Shown: positions 36,936 to 46,281, numbered from the stretch's first letter. The stretch: DNA of 64,000 nt from Candidatus Aenigmatarchaeota archaeon (GCA_043824495.1 JBDRSV010000024.1:91056-155055); one strand, 5' to 3'. Translations and numbers: made by a program. Notes: generated by a model from the sequence alone, not told the origin.

Positions 36936-37589
36936 ATGACAAAACCAATCGCACTATCGGCAAGTAGCATAAGACTTTTCCTAGAGTGCCCTCGATGCTT
37001 CTGGCTGCATATAAACAAGAAGGTAAGAAGGCCTTCGGGAGCTTTCCCATCGTTGCCAGCGGGTATGGACAAGATACTCAAGATACACTTTGATGAGTAC
37101 AGGGAGAAAGGCAAGATACCAAAAGAGCTAGAAGGCAAATTCAGCGGCAAGCTTTTTGGTGATACAGAAATATTGGGTGTGTGGCGTAACAACAGAAAAG
37201 GGCTAAGACATACAGACAAAAAGAGTGGCATTATTCTCATGGGAGCGTTAGATGACCTCTTTGTCACCAATAATGGACAGTTTGCACCATTGGACTTCAA
37301 AACAAGAGGCTATCCCCTCAAGGAAGACACACATGAACACTATCAGCACCAGATGGACATTTACTCATATCTTCTAGAAAAGAACAACATGAAGACTGCA
37401 GGCTATGCAATACTCATATTCTACCATCCGAAACGTGTTACAAGCACATGCAATGTTGAGTTTAATGCAGACCCTTTGAAGGTGAAGACCAGCATAAAGG
37501 ACGGTGAGAAGATATTTTTGGATGCTGTAAAATGCCTTTCGGGGAAAGAGCCCAATCCTGGCAAGGACTGTGGGTTTTGTAGATGGTGA
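36936..37589 (+). CDS. PD-(D/E)xK nuclease, Cas4/RecB-like with Cys cluster
   Basis: N-terminal ECPRCFW, central LDFKTRGY, and C-terminal C...CGFCRW cysteines as in Fe-S Cas4/AddB-type nucleases. No CRISPR array or other cas genes nearby. Confidence 0.55.
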   Translation: MTKPIALSASSIRLFLECPRCFWLHINKKVRRPSGAFPSLPAGMDKILKIHFDEYREKGKIPKELEGKFSGKLFGDTEILGVWRNNRKGLRHTDKKSGIILMGALDDLFVTNNGQFAPLDFKTRGYPLKEDTHEHYQHQMDIYSYLLEKNNMKTAGYAILIFYHPKRVTSTCNVEFNADPLKVKTSIKDGEKIFLDAVKCLSGKEPNPGKDCGFCRW

Positions 37590-37696
37590 TTCAAATCTAT
37601 TTTCAGTGTCAAACAAACCTATTTAAATAAAACAGACCACTTTCTATTGGAACTAATTAAATATATACCAACTGAAACCAATAATTAATAGTTCAT

Positions 37697-38329
37697 ATGC
37701 TTATGGACGAACGAAAACCAGAAATAAAAATTGTAGATAGGTCATTCTTACTTTACCTTCTATCGAAGGCCCAAGAAGCTAAAGCAGAATTAGGTAGAAC
37801 CTTATTACAGAAATTTGTTTTCGCTACTGAGGTTACTACGAAAGGAAAGGGTGGTGGAGGGCTAAATTATTATATTTATAAATGGAAACATGGTCCATTT
37901 AGCAAAGAGCTTGCACAAGATAGAGAAGTTCTTCTAAAAAACAATTTAATAACAGATAGTAATGAACTTACAAAAGAAGGGCATAAAATATTATCATATA
38001 TTAATCCCATTGTTGATAAAGATTCGGAATCTAAAGCCGTAATAAGTGTAATAACTAAAACTCTTTCTGGGAGAAGCTTGTCTCATATATTAGAAATTAT
38101 TTATAAGTCCGATTTTGATCTCCCAAATGGGAAAAGAATGAAAATAAAGACAATACCAGAGGGGACTCCAATGATTTTCAGATCGGAAGAACGAGATGTT
38201 AAAAACAGATCTCTCTTCACAGAATCTACGATAGAAACACTGGCCATAATGATGAATAAGGAAAAACATTCTTCTCTTAAGAAAGCCATGTCAATGCCGA
38301 TGATAGGAGAATTCAAATATGATATATGA
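37697..38329 (+). CDS. Panacea (DUF4065/SocA)-like putative antitoxin
   Basis: LLQKFVFATEV...YIYKWKHGPFSKEL resembles the KLQKLLY...W.YGP pattern. 4 bp overlap with the next ORF. Confidence 0.4.
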   Translation: MLMDERKPEIKIVDRSFLLYLLSKAQEAKAELGRTLLQKFVFATEVTTKGKGGGGLNYYIYKWKHGPFSKELAQDREVLLKNNLITDSNELTKEGHKILSYINPIVDKDSESKAVISVITKTLSGRSLSHILEIIYKSDFDLPNGKRMKIKTIPEGTPMIFRSEERDVKNRSLFTESTIETLAIMMNKEKHSSLKKAMSMPMIGEFKYDI

Positions 38330-38724
38330 TAAAAAAAAGATTTCTTGAAACTAGCGGATTTCGTGAATTCTTCCAAAGTTTGAGCGATTTCGACAAAAAA
38401 AATGTTAAAAAAATTATAGAAAAAATAAGAGAACGTGTGGAGTATAATATACTTAAACCAGATAGTTTTCTTCGCTATGAGTTTGCAGGCACGCGGAAAG
38501 AAAGAAGAGAAAGACTTAGAGTATTCTATCGCGTGTGTGAGGAATGCCGAAGACTAGGTCATGATAAAATCGAAGGCAGATGTCACGATTGCCCAAGAGA
38601 AGACGATATCATTTGTCTTATATGGGGAGACGATATTCGAGACGATGAAACATATAAAGATAAAACAATGCTTGACAGACCAGGAGCTAAAATAGATAAG
38701 AGGTCAAATGAATTCTGTGAATGA
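38326..38724 (+). CDS. RelE/ParE-like putative toxin with an inserted CxxC...CxxC zinc-ribbon
   Basis: F..FFQSL...KKIIEKIRE...LRVFYRV...IICLIWGDDIRDDETY follows the RelE/ParE pattern, with a CEECRRLGHDKIEGRCHDC insert. Confidence 0.4.
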   Translation: MIKKRFLETSGFREFFQSLSDFDKKNVKKIIEKIRERVEYNILKPDSFLRYEFAGTRKERRERLRVFYRVCEECRRLGHDKIEGRCHDCPREDDIICLIWGDDIRDDETYKDKTMLDRPGAKIDKRSNEFCE

Positions 38725-38761
38725 ATTAATTTTTTATTTTACGGCGATTTTGGCCTAAAAC

Positions 38762-38995
38762 CTATCTATCAACAGTCTCTACCCACGGCGCTTTTCTCTC
38801 AGGCAGTTTACTTCCTTTGATCACTATCTTGAATTTTAGTGGATTAGTAATATGCTTTCTGAATTCGTCTTTCCTCATTTCTGTCAAGTGTCTGACTATC
38901 TCAACAACATTGAGTCTGTATTCTTCGCTGAATCCTTCTTTTGGTGGTTTAGGGTCCTTTATTCTAATGTCTTTTAGAATTATATCTACCATCAT
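38762..38995 (-). CDS. Hypothetical small protein (last gene of the R-M operon)
   Basis: 77 aa, co-directional with and close to the two upstream genes. Confidence 0.4.
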   Translation of the reverse strand: MMVDIILKDIRIKDPKPPKEGFSEEYRLNVVEIVRHLTEMRKDEFRKHITNPLKFKIVIKGSKLPERKAPWVETVDR

Positions 38996-39018
38996 TATAT
39001 TTGGAGCAAAGAAATAAA

Positions 39019-39324
39019 TTAGCTTTCAATTCGCGTGGGGAGCCCCGATTCTCTGAGGCGTTTTATACGTTCCTCATGAGTCATTTTACCTGTGCCTCTT
39101 TCTATAGAGTCCTTTATTTCTGTTTTAGATGCTTTGCATTCAGGACATTTGGTATGGACATCGAGCTTTTCTGGATGATATTTTGGTATCAATTTACTTC
39201 TTCCTGCAGCATGAGCTCTCCCTTCGCTATACCAATCAAGTGTTTTGGTAATATCAATATCCGCCTTTTTACAGAATGGGCACCTGATACTTTCTCTTGT
39301 AAATTCAGGTTTTGATCTTGTCAT
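39019..39324 (-). CDS. Zinc-ribbon protein
   Basis: CPFCKK...CPECK. Starts 6 nt after the R-M gene stop. Confidence 0.5.
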   Translation of the reverse strand: MTRSKPEFTRESIRCPFCKKADIDITKTLDWYSEGRAHAAGRSKLIPKYHPEKLDVHTKCPECKASKTEIKDSIERGTGKMTHEERIKRLRESGLPTRIES

Positions 39325-39329
39325 ATATC

Positions 39330-42056
39330 TTATATTTTCTCTATTATTTTCTTCTCTTCTTCTGTTATCCCGTATATTCTATATATATATGAATCTATTT
39401 CTTTGTCAATTCTTTGTATCTCATTTTCTATATGTACTCTTCTATCCGTTTTTTTGTCACCTATCTCATTTAAACTGTTATTCATAGAAATTATTTTATC
39501 AACTAAGTTAATGACATCTTTCTCTGTTTCTTTACTAACTAGTTTAATAGGAAATTTCTTCGTATTAGCAATTAGTATTTTTTGGAATAGCCTTTTTGAA
39601 GGATCTAAATATTTCTCTTTATGGTAAAAAGTCATTAGCTTTGAGTTTAAAATTGCTAGAATATATTTAATTTGATCAGAACTACCGTTCTTGGGTATTA
39701 TATTAAATCCTATTTGTGTGTTATATAACTCCTTTTCGGTATATCCAGCGTATATTTTTGGAGGTTTACCACTGATAATCTGTCTCACGACTATACGAGG
39801 TTTTAAGAAAAATCTCTGTTCTCTGGGAGCGCCTAGCCATTTCCCATAACTAATATATTCTGTTTGGTTCCATTTTATACCATATCTTATAATGCCTGCT
39901 CCAGATAAGAGGGGTTTGAAAGTTTCATTCTTTTTTGTTTCTGAATGAAAAACTTTATTTTTTATTTGATCTTGTGTATGACCTTTGTATTTATCATAAG
40001 GTGTTAATCCTAGCGAGAAATCGCACAAATCTATCAAAGGTTTTGTACCTTCTTCAATCTTTTTAATTATTTTACTTATAGTAGGATTTCGAGATATATT
40101 GATAATGTTATCACGACTCCAGTCTAGTTGATTAAATGTTGTGTATGTATTGCAATTTTCTTTGTCTATGAAACTTATCTTTTCTTCACTAGGATAAATC
40201 AAAAGTTCACATTTAGTACTTTTTGTTGGCTTCTTTTTTTGGTATATGAGTATTATGGTCTCTACTTTAGCCTTCTCAAAAACATTATCAGGAAGTCTCA
40301 CAATCTTTTTAAGAGTCGCTTCGTTTAATAGTAATTTTCTTATTTTTGAATATGATTGATTATATAGGATTGAATTCGGTATAATAAAACCGAAGTATCC
40401 TCCATTCTTTAGTAGACGGAAAGATTTTTCAACAAAAACTGAGTACAGATTCATTCTATTTTCTACTGTTTCATATGCCGAAAATAAATATTTAACAATT
40501 AGAGGATCTAGCTGTTTTATATCTACATACGGTGGATTACCAATTATAATATCAAAGGAACCTCCTTCAAAATCGTCTATCCATTTAAAAGAGTCTAATC
40601 CAGCAACCTCTTCAGCATCTATTAAACTGTTTCCATGACATATATGAGTATCAATCTCTGTGGGTAGTTTTCTTCCCTTTTCTGCAGCCTTCAGTAATAA
40701 ATTCAGTTTTGTTATTTCTACTGCTTTATTGTCTAAGTCCACACCGTAAAAGTTATTCTTAAGCATGTGTGTTTTAACTGAATAAATTCCCTGATAATCT
40801 AATCTCATTTGTTTTGCTTCTGGTTTTTGCATCATACTATTCAACAAATGATCAAAAGACTTTATTAAGAATGAACCAGAACCACACGCAGGGTCTAATA
40901 TTTTAATTTCTAATGGCTTCGTTTTTTTATCTGTTATTAACTCTCCTAAAGTGTTTCTAATAATATAATCTACTACATAAGTCGGTGTGTAATAAATGCC
41001 TTGTTCCTTTCTATGTAGTCTCGAATCTCTTAATTGAGCTTTCCCTGATTTCTTTTGATCAAGAATTAGACCCAAGTATTGCTCATAAACTTGACCTAGA
41101 ACATCAGCATCTATCCAGTCAAAATTATAAATGTATGTTTTGTCTTTCGATTCGTATAAATAATAAATTAAATTTTTAATTATAGATCCGTTGATATTGA
41201 TTGTATCACAATCATTATCTCTCGATATAGCAAACAAACCACTGTTATATACATCATCATATGTTTTGAATATTTCCTTCAGTTTTGTGTAAGCTTTACT
41301 ATCATGTAGGTGTTTTATATCGCTAAGTATAACACCATCAGGATTTATGTTTATGTCTTCACAGCGTCGAATAAATATAAGTCTGTCTAGAATTCTCTGG
41401 ACTATATCATCCTTCTCATCAATAGAATACTTTTTTGCATAGGTTTTCTCAATGTCGCTAGCAATTAAACTTCTTATAAGCATCAAATCATTAAGCAGGG
41501 TTTTATCGATAGAAACCCTTTTCTTCAATCTACCTTCATCTTCAGCTTTTTTAAGGATAATATTTTCTTCAAAACTGTTTTTTGATAAGAAAAGCAAATC
41601 TTCAAAGCTGTTGATATAATCTTCTGGGGTATTGAAAACTCGGAATTTATTTCTTATAGAATTTTCTTCCTCTACACAAAATATTCTTGTTTCTTCAAAG
41701 TTGGTTGATACTGCAAAAGGTACTCTCTTTGATAGTGCATATGATATTACTTGTTTATCCGCTTCTCTATCTAAAGATACACCAACCTTTTTGACTTCAA
41801 GAAAGAAAACAGTTCTGCCATTAATCTTAAAGGCGTAATCTGCGCGTCCTCTTTGACTTCCTCTATGTGCTTGAGACTGTTTATCAAAATCATTTCGCTC
41901 CCAACCAAGCAACTGAAAAAGAGGTTCAATTAATCTAGTTTCTGTATCAGCTTCTGACAGTTTTTTATATGATTCTTTGTCAGCGTTGAATTCGTTAATT
42001 AATTTTTGAATTTCCTCCTTAATGATCTCTTTATCCATATAATTAGAATGAAACAA
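39330..42056 (-). CDS. Type IIG restriction-modification enzyme (N-terminal PD-(D/E)xK nuclease fused to gamma-class N6-adenine methyltransferase and target-recognition region)
   Basis: GRADYAF...FFLEVKK (D...ExK), LDPACGSGSFL (motif I) and IIGNPPYV (motif IV NPPY). 908 aa. Confidence 0.8.
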   Translation of the reverse strand: MFHSNYMDKEIIKEEIQKLINEFNADKESYKKLSEADTETRLIEPLFQLLGWERNDFDKQSQAHRGSQRGRADYAFKINGRTVFFLEVKKVGVSLDREADKQVISYALSKRVPFAVSTNFEETRIFCVEEENSIRNKFRVFNTPEDYINSFEDLLFLSKNSFEENIILKKAEDEGRLKKRVSIDKTLLNDLMLIRSLIASDIEKTYAKKYSIDEKDDIVQRILDRLIFIRRCEDININPDGVILSDIKHLHDSKAYTKLKEIFKTYDDVYNSGLFAISRDNDCDTININGSIIKNLIYYLYESKDKTYIYNFDWIDADVLGQVYEQYLGLILDQKKSGKAQLRDSRLHRKEQGIYYTPTYVVDYIIRNTLGELITDKKTKPLEIKILDPACGSGSFLIKSFDHLLNSMMQKPEAKQMRLDYQGIYSVKTHMLKNNFYGVDLDNKAVEITKLNLLLKAAEKGRKLPTEIDTHICHGNSLIDAEEVAGLDSFKWIDDFEGGSFDIIIGNPPYVDIKQLDPLIVKYLFSAYETVENRMNLYSVFVEKSFRLLKNGGYFGFIIPNSILYNQSYSKIRKLLLNEATLKKIVRLPDNVFEKAKVETIILIYQKKKPTKSTKCELLIYPSEEKISFIDKENCNTYTTFNQLDWSRDNIINISRNPTISKIIKKIEEGTKPLIDLCDFSLGLTPYDKYKGHTQDQIKNKVFHSETKKNETFKPLLSGAGIIRYGIKWNQTEYISYGKWLGAPREQRFFLKPRIVVRQIISGKPPKIYAGYTEKELYNTQIGFNIIPKNGSSDQIKYILAILNSKLMTFYHKEKYLDPSKRLFQKILIANTKKFPIKLVSKETEKDVINLVDKIISMNNSLNEIGDKKTDRRVHIENEIQRIDKEIDSYIYRIYGITEEEKKIIEKI

Positions 42057-42193
42057 ATTCTAATAAGCTTTATCTTCACCAATAATTTCTGTTTCTCCTT
42101 TTCTGCCGCTGTACAAGTTCTGGTTCAGTGCGGTTCAACTTAGTTCAACTGAACTGTAGAAAACTTTATAAGCCCTATAAACAAGGATAATGT

Positions 42194-43213
42194 ATGCAAA
42201 AAAAATATTCAGCAGATTGGCTTGAAAAAGCTGAGATTGTGAAAAGAAAAATAAAGGACCTACAACTGGATCCAGAAAATGTTAGGTTTAGCCATATACC
42301 ACAAATTCATAAGAGCACAAAAAACATAGAAGAAATAATGAAGGAGGATGACGGCATCTTTGACCTTTATGATCAAATACTTTCTTCAAATGGTATTATA
42401 GAGCCTATTGTAATTGATTCAAATAATATGGTCATCGAGGGTAATCGAAGATTAACTTGTTTGAGGCTCTTGGATGACCAGGCAAAAAAAGGAGAATTAG
42501 ATGATGAAGGCATATCTAGAACCCAGTTTGAAGAGGTGCAATGCAGACTCTTGCCTAAAATAGATGACGAAACAAGGGATCTTTTCCTTGCAACAATACA
42601 TGTGAAAGGCAAGAAGCCTTGGAAAAGATTTAATAAAGCCAAGCATATATACAGGCTTAACAGAATGCACAAAATAAGTTATGACGAAATAGCAAGACTT
42701 CTTGGGATGGGAAAAGCCACCGTCCAGAGAAATGTTTCTGTTTATGTGGAGGTCAGTAAATATCACACAAGATTCTCTGACGATAAAGAATGGTTTAAGA
42801 AATTCATGCTCTATGAGCAGTTTTTTATGAGAAAAGATTTAAGAGATTTTAGAGAAGATCAAGAAAACATAAACATTTTTGCTAAATGGGTTTATTCTGG
42901 AAAATTTCAAAATCATAAAGATATTAGAAGATTATATGAAGTCCTAAATGATGAGGACTCAAAAAATGAATTTGAAAAGACAAATATGGAGAACGCCATA
43001 AAAACATTGGAAACCAAGAATCCTGAGCTCGTAGACGCTGACTTTAAGAAAATAAACGACACTATAAGTGTTTTACAAGAAATTTCAAGAGCTAAGCTCA
43101 ATGATATTGTCTCAAACCCAGAGAAAATAAAACTATTAAATTCGCTTGAGCATGAACTGAAAAACTTACTGATTGATATAGAAAGCAGAAAAGACAGCTT
43201 AAGGAAAAAATAA
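42194..43213 (+). CDS. ParB/sulfiredoxin-domain (ParB-like nuclease) protein
   Basis: LDPENVRF...IVIDSNNMVIEGNRRLTCLRLL (GxRR motif). Divergent from the R-M gene. Confidence 0.65.
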   Translation: MQKKYSADWLEKAEIVKRKIKDLQLDPENVRFSHIPQIHKSTKNIEEIMKEDDGIFDLYDQILSSNGIIEPIVIDSNNMVIEGNRRLTCLRLLDDQAKKGELDDEGISRTQFEEVQCRLLPKIDDETRDLFLATIHVKGKKPWKRFNKAKHIYRLNRMHKISYDEIARLLGMGKATVQRNVSVYVEVSKYHTRFSDDKEWFKKFMLYEQFFMRKDLRDFREDQENINIFAKWVYSGKFQNHKDIRRLYEVLNDEDSKNEFEKTNMENAIKTLETKNPELVDADFKKINDTISVLQEISRAKLNDIVSNPEKIKLLNSLEHELKNLLIDIESRKDSLRKK

Positions 43214-43214
43214 T

Positions 43215-43301
43215 GACCAGGGTGGTGGAAGGGGCGACTGACGGGTGGCCCTCCATAACTTCCTTTGTCAGGAAGCGAACACGGTAAAACGTGCCCTGGT
43301 C
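43215..43301 (+). ncRNA. GC-rich 87-nt multi-helix element (unknown RNA or DNA structure; strand assumed)
   Basis: GACCAGGG (43215-43222) pairs with CCCTGGTC (43294-43301). Inner hairpins are GGA-GGG/CCC-TCC, CTTCC-TTTGTCA-GGAAG and CACG-GTAAAA-CGTG. It stands out in AT-rich surroundings. Confidence 0.4.
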
Positions 43302-43371
43302 TTCATAATCTTAATGTTTGATTAATATTTATATGTTATTTATATATTCTTTTTCTATCTTATTAACTAAT

Positions 43372-43590
43372 CTATAGTTTCCAATAAGTAACTCCACCTC
43401 TGGTTTTACCTCTAGATAAGTACCCGCGTTTAAATAATCTCTTAAGTGTTTTATCTGCACTATGCCAACTCATTTTCGTTCTTTTCGCTATCTTATTTGT
43501 TGTTATGGGTCTCTGGGTTCTTCTAAGAAGATTAAGTATAGCAGATTCCTTTGGACTGAATCTTGAATGTCCGTTTACCATTTTAATCAC
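43372..43590 (-). CDS. Small winged-helix DNA-binding protein
   Basis: ILNLLRRTQRPITTNKIAKRTKMSWHSADKTLKRLFKRGYL is wHTH-like. Confidence 0.5.
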   Translation of the reverse strand: MIKMVNGHSRFSPKESAILNLLRRTQRPITTNKIAKRTKMSWHSADKTLKRLFKRGYLSRGKTRGGVTYWKL

Positions 43591-43849
43591 GCCTTATCAA
43601 CTTGAAGCTGACTTTAATATCTTTCTTGTCCTTAAGTGGAATTGGAGTTTCTACAGTATACTCTAAAAGATCTTCTTCAGAGAATTTTATTGCATCCGAT
43701 ATCTCTCTTGGAAACCTCACGAAAAACAAGTCTCGTGAGTCCTTGCTTATTTTTGCTGATTTTGTTATAATCTCTTTATCATATGGGAGCTCTTTTTCCA
43801 GTGATCTCTTTTTTTCAGGTTTTTCCCATTGTATGTTTTTTCTTCCCAT
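43583..43849 (-). CDS. Hypothetical small protein, overlaps the downstream wHTH gene by 8 nt
   Basis: 88 aa, in a two-gene cassette arrangement. Confidence 0.4.
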   Translation of the reverse strand: MGRKNIQWEKPEKKRSLEKELPYDKEIITKSAKISKDSRDLFFVRFPREISDAIKFSEEDLLEYTVETPIPLKDKKDIKVSFKLIRRD

Positions 43850-44027
43850 ACTTAATATATTGCATGTGTTCTTTATAAAAGTTATGGTGTATTTTTAAAG
43901 CTTTGTATGCAAAATGCAAACCTTTATAAGGATAAACATTCTAAATTACATATGTAACTTACAAACTCATAAAATATAAGGAGGTGATAACGAGACTGGC
44001 GATAAGGTATAACTTCGCCAGTCTCTC

Positions 44028-45038
44028 ATGCTTATGAAAACGAAACAACTTACTTTAGATCGAGACTGGAGCCAATATAACTTGGCCCAAACACAGGAGA
44101 AACTTCTATTCATGAGAATACTGAGTGATGCCGTTAATTCCATGAATATAGAATATACATACAAAGGCAACGGAAGACCAAGCATAGGCATAGAGGACAT
44201 GATAAAAGTCCTCGTGATAAAGGTTTTCAACGGCTTCTCGCAGAGGAGGACAATACCAGATTTGTATATGGCTAAAGGTTTAGGCTACATACCTGAAGTC
44301 CCACACTTCAATTCCATAAGCAACTACTTCAACAGCACTGAATTGACTTATTATCTTGAGCAGCTCTACAGGATATTGGCTATGCCATTCATTCCTATAG
44401 AACAGTACTTTGCTATCGATTCTACTGGTTTTGGTAAATACAATACCAATTGGACTGCCAGCAAATATAAAAACGCAAGCATGAGAAGCTTCAACAAGCT
44501 GCATATAATATGCGGAGTGCGGACAAACATAATTGTGATAGCTAAAGTGACAGATGCACACCAACACGATTCTCTTCAGTTTCCTAAGATGCTTAAGGAG
44601 ACATGCAAAATATTCACAGTAAAAGAGATCTCTGCAGACAAAGGATATCTAGCACTCTATAATGTGAATGCAGCTAAAGAATTAGGCGTAGTACCCTACA
44701 TAATGCCCAAGAAGAACACAAAGTTATATTCCAAAAAGAGATGGGTGGATGGAGAGGCATGGGATAGAATGGTACTCATGTGGAGACATAAAGAGGAAGA
44801 ATTCAGAAAACACTACCATCTGAGATCGAATGTTGAGAGCAGCTTCTCAATGATGAAGAGGAAGTTTCTTCCTTTCATAAGGAGTAAGAACCCTATTGCA
44901 CAGAAGAATGAAATTCTGGCTAAGGTTGCTTGTCACAATATATCCGTTCTTGTCCACTCAATCTTTGAATTGGGTTTAAACATAGATTTTAAAAATATAG
45001 ATTCAACAGATGAAAGGAGGGAATATTATGACGCCTGA
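44028..45038 (+). CDS. DDE transposase, IS4/IS5 superfamily (DDE_Tnp_1-like)
   Basis: FAIDSTGF, ISADKGY and the Y-x2-R-x3-E-x6-K signature (YHLRSNVESSFSMMK). Confidence 0.85.
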   Translation: MLMKTKQLTLDRDWSQYNLAQTQEKLLFMRILSDAVNSMNIEYTYKGNGRPSIGIEDMIKVLVIKVFNGFSQRRTIPDLYMAKGLGYIPEVPHFNSISNYFNSTELTYYLEQLYRILAMPFIPIEQYFAIDSTGFGKYNTNWTASKYKNASMRSFNKLHIICGVRTNIIVIAKVTDAHQHDSLQFPKMLKETCKIFTVKEISADKGYLALYNVNAAKELGVVPYIMPKKNTKLYSKKRWVDGEAWDRMVLMWRHKEEEFRKHYHLRSNVESSFSMMKRKFLPFIRSKNPIAQKNEILAKVACHNISVLVHSIFELGLNIDFKNIDSTDERREYYDA

Positions 45039-45444
45039 AGAAGGGATGAAAATATTAAACCAGTATCTAAGTGATATGAATAAATTAAGGGAGAAAAGAT
45101 ATTATGAGGGTAAAGATGAATTAAACTTACTTGATAGAAAAATAAAAACTTTCATAAATAGAGTTTTCCCAGATTATGAAGAAAGGCAGAAAGACTATTA
45201 TAGAACTGTACATGCTTGGTTTATTGCTACAATGCATGAAGAGACAGAAGAAGAAAAACAAACGGATTACATGAATCAAATAAGAAAAATGACACTATTT
45301 GTCAATACTTTGTTGGATGAATTACAAGTTTTTGGGTTGGCATCAGAAAAATTTGGACCAACAAAAACTGAGACAGAAAAAGAAATAAGCGGTGGAATTC
45401 CAGGCATTCTAAAAGGTAAATACAAACGAACTAAAAGCGAATAG
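45010..45444 (+). CDS. Hypothetical protein inside the transposon right end
   Basis: 144 aa. Overlaps the transposase 3' end and ends 6 nt before the right TIR. Confidence 0.45.
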   Translation: MKGGNIMTPEEGMKILNQYLSDMNKLREKRYYEGKDELNLLDRKIKTFINRVFPDYEERQKDYYRTVHAWFIATMHEETEEEKQTDYMNQIRKMTLFVNTLLDELQVFGLASEKFGPTKTETEKEISGGIPGILKGKYKRTKSE

Positions 45445-45450
45445 TAAAAG

Positions 45451-45466
45451 GTTTTTGTGCAAAGCC
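45451..45466 (-). repeat. Right terminal inverted repeat
   Basis: GTTTTTGTGCAAAGCC. Confidence 0.9.
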
Positions 45467-45475
45467 AAGAGTTAA
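45467..45475. repeat. 9 bp target-site duplication AAGAGTTAA (right)
   Basis: Identical to 36308-36316. Confidence 0.85.
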
Positions 45476-45513
45476 ACATAAACTATAAATAAAAGAAGAT
45501 ACAAGAAGTCCAC

Positions 45514-46281
45514 ATGGAACCAATTATATGTTTTGGGCAACAGCCTAATGGAATATTTCCTAAGAATTTCTTTGTGGCTAAGATAGATTCAGCTAGAAAG
45601 CTTCAGCGGGAAATTGGTGGAAAAATAATATGGTTCTGTCACGATTCAGATCATGATCACAGAGAAACAAAAACAAGAATAGAATCTAATATGCATAAAG
45701 AAGGTTTTGTTGATCTTAACTTCTCGATTAAGAACAAAACCCAAAGGAAATATACTCCTTTATACCTAAAAGAAATAACTCCGGAATGGAAAGAAGAAAC
45801 AAGAAAAATTCTAGAAAGAATTGTTTCACTAGAATTGCTTATAATATTCTATTCTGTGAATGAAACAAGAGTAGCGGATTTCTGTATAGAGATGTATAAG
45901 AGAATGGGATTACTTGATGGTATAGATATTGTAAGAAGTAGTGATCCTAGGTTTAGAGAAGAAGCAGAGAAGCCAGAAGAAGAATTCATAGATGTGGAAT
46001 ATGATGGAGAAATAGTAAGAGCTAGGTGTATGAAAGATGGGTTATATTTACATGAAGGCGGAGATAGTTACAAGAAGATGGCGGATATGTGTGATTATTC
46101 AAAGAAACAAGTCTCCGCTGCTAGAGATTCTAGGTTTCCCTGGATGCAATCTGTAATTAAAGCAACTCATTATGTGTATGGAATGTCAGAGAAAGAATAT
46201 ATAAAGAAACAACAAATAGAGATGGTTCCTAGAGATGAAATAGATAAGAAAGATTTTGCATTTATTCAATTACTTAAATAA
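45514..46281 (+). CDS. Hypothetical protein
   Basis: 255 aa with backbone composition. No family recognised. Confidence 0.5.
   Translation: MEPIICFGQQPNGIFPKNFFVAKIDSARKLQREIGGKIIWFCHDSDHDHRETKTRIESNMHKEGFVDLNFSIKNKTQRKYTPLYLKEITPEWKEETRKILERIVSLELLIIFYSVNETRVADFCIEMYKRMGLLDGIDIVRSSDPRFREEAEKPEEEFIDVEYDGEIVRARCMKDGLYLHEGGDSYKKMADMCDYSKKQVSAARDSRFPWMQSVIKATHYVYGMSEKEYIKKQQIEMVPRDEIDKKDFAFIQLLK

Larger units (their letters stand above)
36317..45466. mobile_element. 9,150 bp transposon bounded by perfect 16 bp terminal inverted repeats, carrying an IS4/IS5-type DDE transposase and defence-type cargo
   Basis: GGCTTTGCACAAAAAC (36317-36332) versus GTTTTTGTGCAAAGCC (45451-45466). A 9 bp direct repeat flanks it, and the transposase gene lies near the right end. 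Confidence 0.85.

Noticed and set aside
36923-37300. 125-aa minus-strand ORF
   Set aside because: It is antisense to the Cas4-like nuclease gene, which has clear motifs.
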